Assembly (NCBI GenBank): GCA_002633005.1 | Contig: NMRA01000024.1 | Span: 699,803-763,802 of the forward strand | DNA length: 64,000 nt | Direction of reading: 5' to 3' | Source of the DNA: Phoronis australis | Taxonomy: Eukaryota; Animalia; Phoronida | Shown: positions 62,155 through 64,000 of the stretch, piece after piece | Position numbering within the stretch: the first letter of the stretch is position 1 | How the letters are laid out: the number at the start of each line of letters is the position of its first letter | Notes under the pieces: model-generated | The model's database searches: none | The model's input: the letters and a program-made list of their open reading frames with translations, nothing else | Told to the model about the DNA's origin: nothing | Position numbers and translations under genes: made by a program

Positions 62155-62975
62155 ATACATATAGATTATTACATGGCGAAGTCGTTATCCCCCGATATCT
62201 AGAGCCTGAGTGGCGTTAGCCCCGAGGGTGATAATTCTCCAAAATCCACGAGGGCTCTAGATAACGGGGGATAACGGCTGAGAACATGTAATAATCTATT
62301 TATACCACATACTATACGAGAAACATTGCAATGAATCTATTTACCTTTTCTGACTCTCCACGGCTTTGTAACTACTTTCTATGTCAGAGGCCAGGGGTCG
62401 GAGGTCGTGACCTTTTAAGAAAAGCCGAGCTATTTTTGTCAAATTGCTTTTACTCAAAACCAATTGAAAACTTAAATATAATAGAAATAAATTGAATTTA
62501 TAAATTAAGGTTTACCAACTATTATAGCTTAAAACACATTTTTTTCACGCTAAGCTTCGACCGGGAAATTATCGTCTGCTAAAGTAGGTTACCACTGGTA
62601 ACTTAATATAATTCTCAAGTCAAAGATCCTGACGACATGATACCCGCATTCAAACTGAAGATCGGTGATTTACAAGTAAGAGGACATGAGAGAAAAATTT
62701 CATTGAATTAAGATATCATTTTTATGGAAATTATGTGTCTTATTTTTCGTACAATGCGGTTTGCTGAACATGCCAATATTGCGCGTGCTCATTTAAGTAT
62801 TCTATTTTCACTCTTGGATGACGTCAGTCGCTGCGTGGTGTAGTGGTAAAGTCGGCGACCAGCAATTCCAAGGTCCCGGGTTCGATTCCGTCCTCGGTTT
62901 CCCGCCACTAGTGAGATAACTTTATGGGTTATTACACGGTTGTATCTGCCATTTGACGCTAATATTGTGGTATAA
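62155..62975 (+). mobile_element. Hairpin-headed non-autonomous element, copy 2 (tandem, diverged)
   Basis: Collinear with copy 1 but with many substitutions and deletions in both hairpins. Good Pol III A box TGGTGTAGTGG (62836-62846) and B box GGTTCGATTCC (62879-62889). Confidence 0.7.
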
Positions 62976-64000
62976 AACCGTGTAACCGGGATTTAGCTCA
63001 ACCATCAGGGCGTTTGGATGTGACGTGCTGGGGCTGATCTCAAAGAAAGAAATTTCTCCCCGATAATGCCCCATGAGAACGAAACACGACCCAACACTAC
63101 CAGATGCATGACAACGGCACAAATACTATCGGCAACAGGGTTTCTCATCCTCCTGAATAAAAAATTACCAATAATATTCTCGCTAACGATACCTCTGGCG
63201 TGAGAGCTCGATGTTACTTGCGCGTTGTGCTTAGGACGAAGCGCTAACGTTTGTTAACCGCCTTTTAGGTAGTATCCAGCGATTGCTTTCACAGCCTGTT
63301 GAATCCGAGCACAGTAACCGCACATAACCACAATTGGGTTTTCACGAGATGACACGTGCATCGCTTTGTTGAGCGGTATATCTGTATTACAATAACATTT
63401 ACTGCTACCGTTCATTCTCTTACAAGCTACTCAGTCACGTCTGCCATATCGATGATTACAGTATGAGATACAGAAAACAATTTCAGTAACGACTAGACAG
63501 CGATGGTAAATCTGATTACTTTGCAATCATTTTTCGTAAAACGTATTCAAATGCTACTTACGACGTCGCAAGGAGAAGTGAGTTTTTTGCATGCTCACTA
63601 ACGTTCTACAACTGAATTCAAAATTCAAAATACTGCTTTATTGAGGTTGATAAACTCCAGATCCTACTTTCGACTTTCCACTTAAGTGAAAATCAATACG
63701 AAACCTATTCGCTCTGGCAAATACAACACGATTCGTATCAACAGTGCGAATCCAATTTCGTGCGCCAGTACTTCACAGACTCCCAGAAGCCTCTCAAGAG
63801 TATCCTTGGGGGGTCGCGGGTGAATCTCGAAAATCGTGTGAAGCTTAATTGGGTAATGAGAATCGACTTTTAAGGACAAAACGGTAACTTTAATAATCAA
63901 GGAGTTTTGAAAGCTAAATGTAATTTTACCAGTTAAAACTGTCTTGGGAGGTTTGGTGGCGGGAAAACTTGGCGTATTAGATTGAAATGAAATGTATTTG

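Overview
AT-rich animal (invertebrate-type) nuclear DNA from a gapped draft assembly; the genes are intron-containing, so the supplied ORF track is mostly uninformative. I reconstructed five spliced genes by hand. (1) A short minus-strand gene carrying the CAMSAP/Patronin N-terminal motif (1774->~249). (2) Head-to-head with it, a complete 6-exon SDF2/SDF2L1 gene (2130-9560, 220 aa, C-terminal HDEL). (3, 4) Two tandem minus-strand secreted Kazal-type protease inhibitor genes: 2 domains (19484->15593) and 3 domains (30338->22420). (5) A minus-strand synaptotagmin-17 gene (50288->40366, ~498 aa). Four 1.7-2.9 kb blocks are duplicated across single-N or gap junctions and look like uncollapsed haplotypes. 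The non-coding DNA holds several MITE/foldback families, tRNA-like SINE heads, micro- and minisatellites, and an inverted pair of Penelope-type minimal hammerhead motifs. At 61.2-63.0 kb there is a tandem of an unusual hairpin-rich element carrying Pol III boxes, with a perfect 35-bp fold-back at the junction. All family assignments come from remembered motifs, not database searches.
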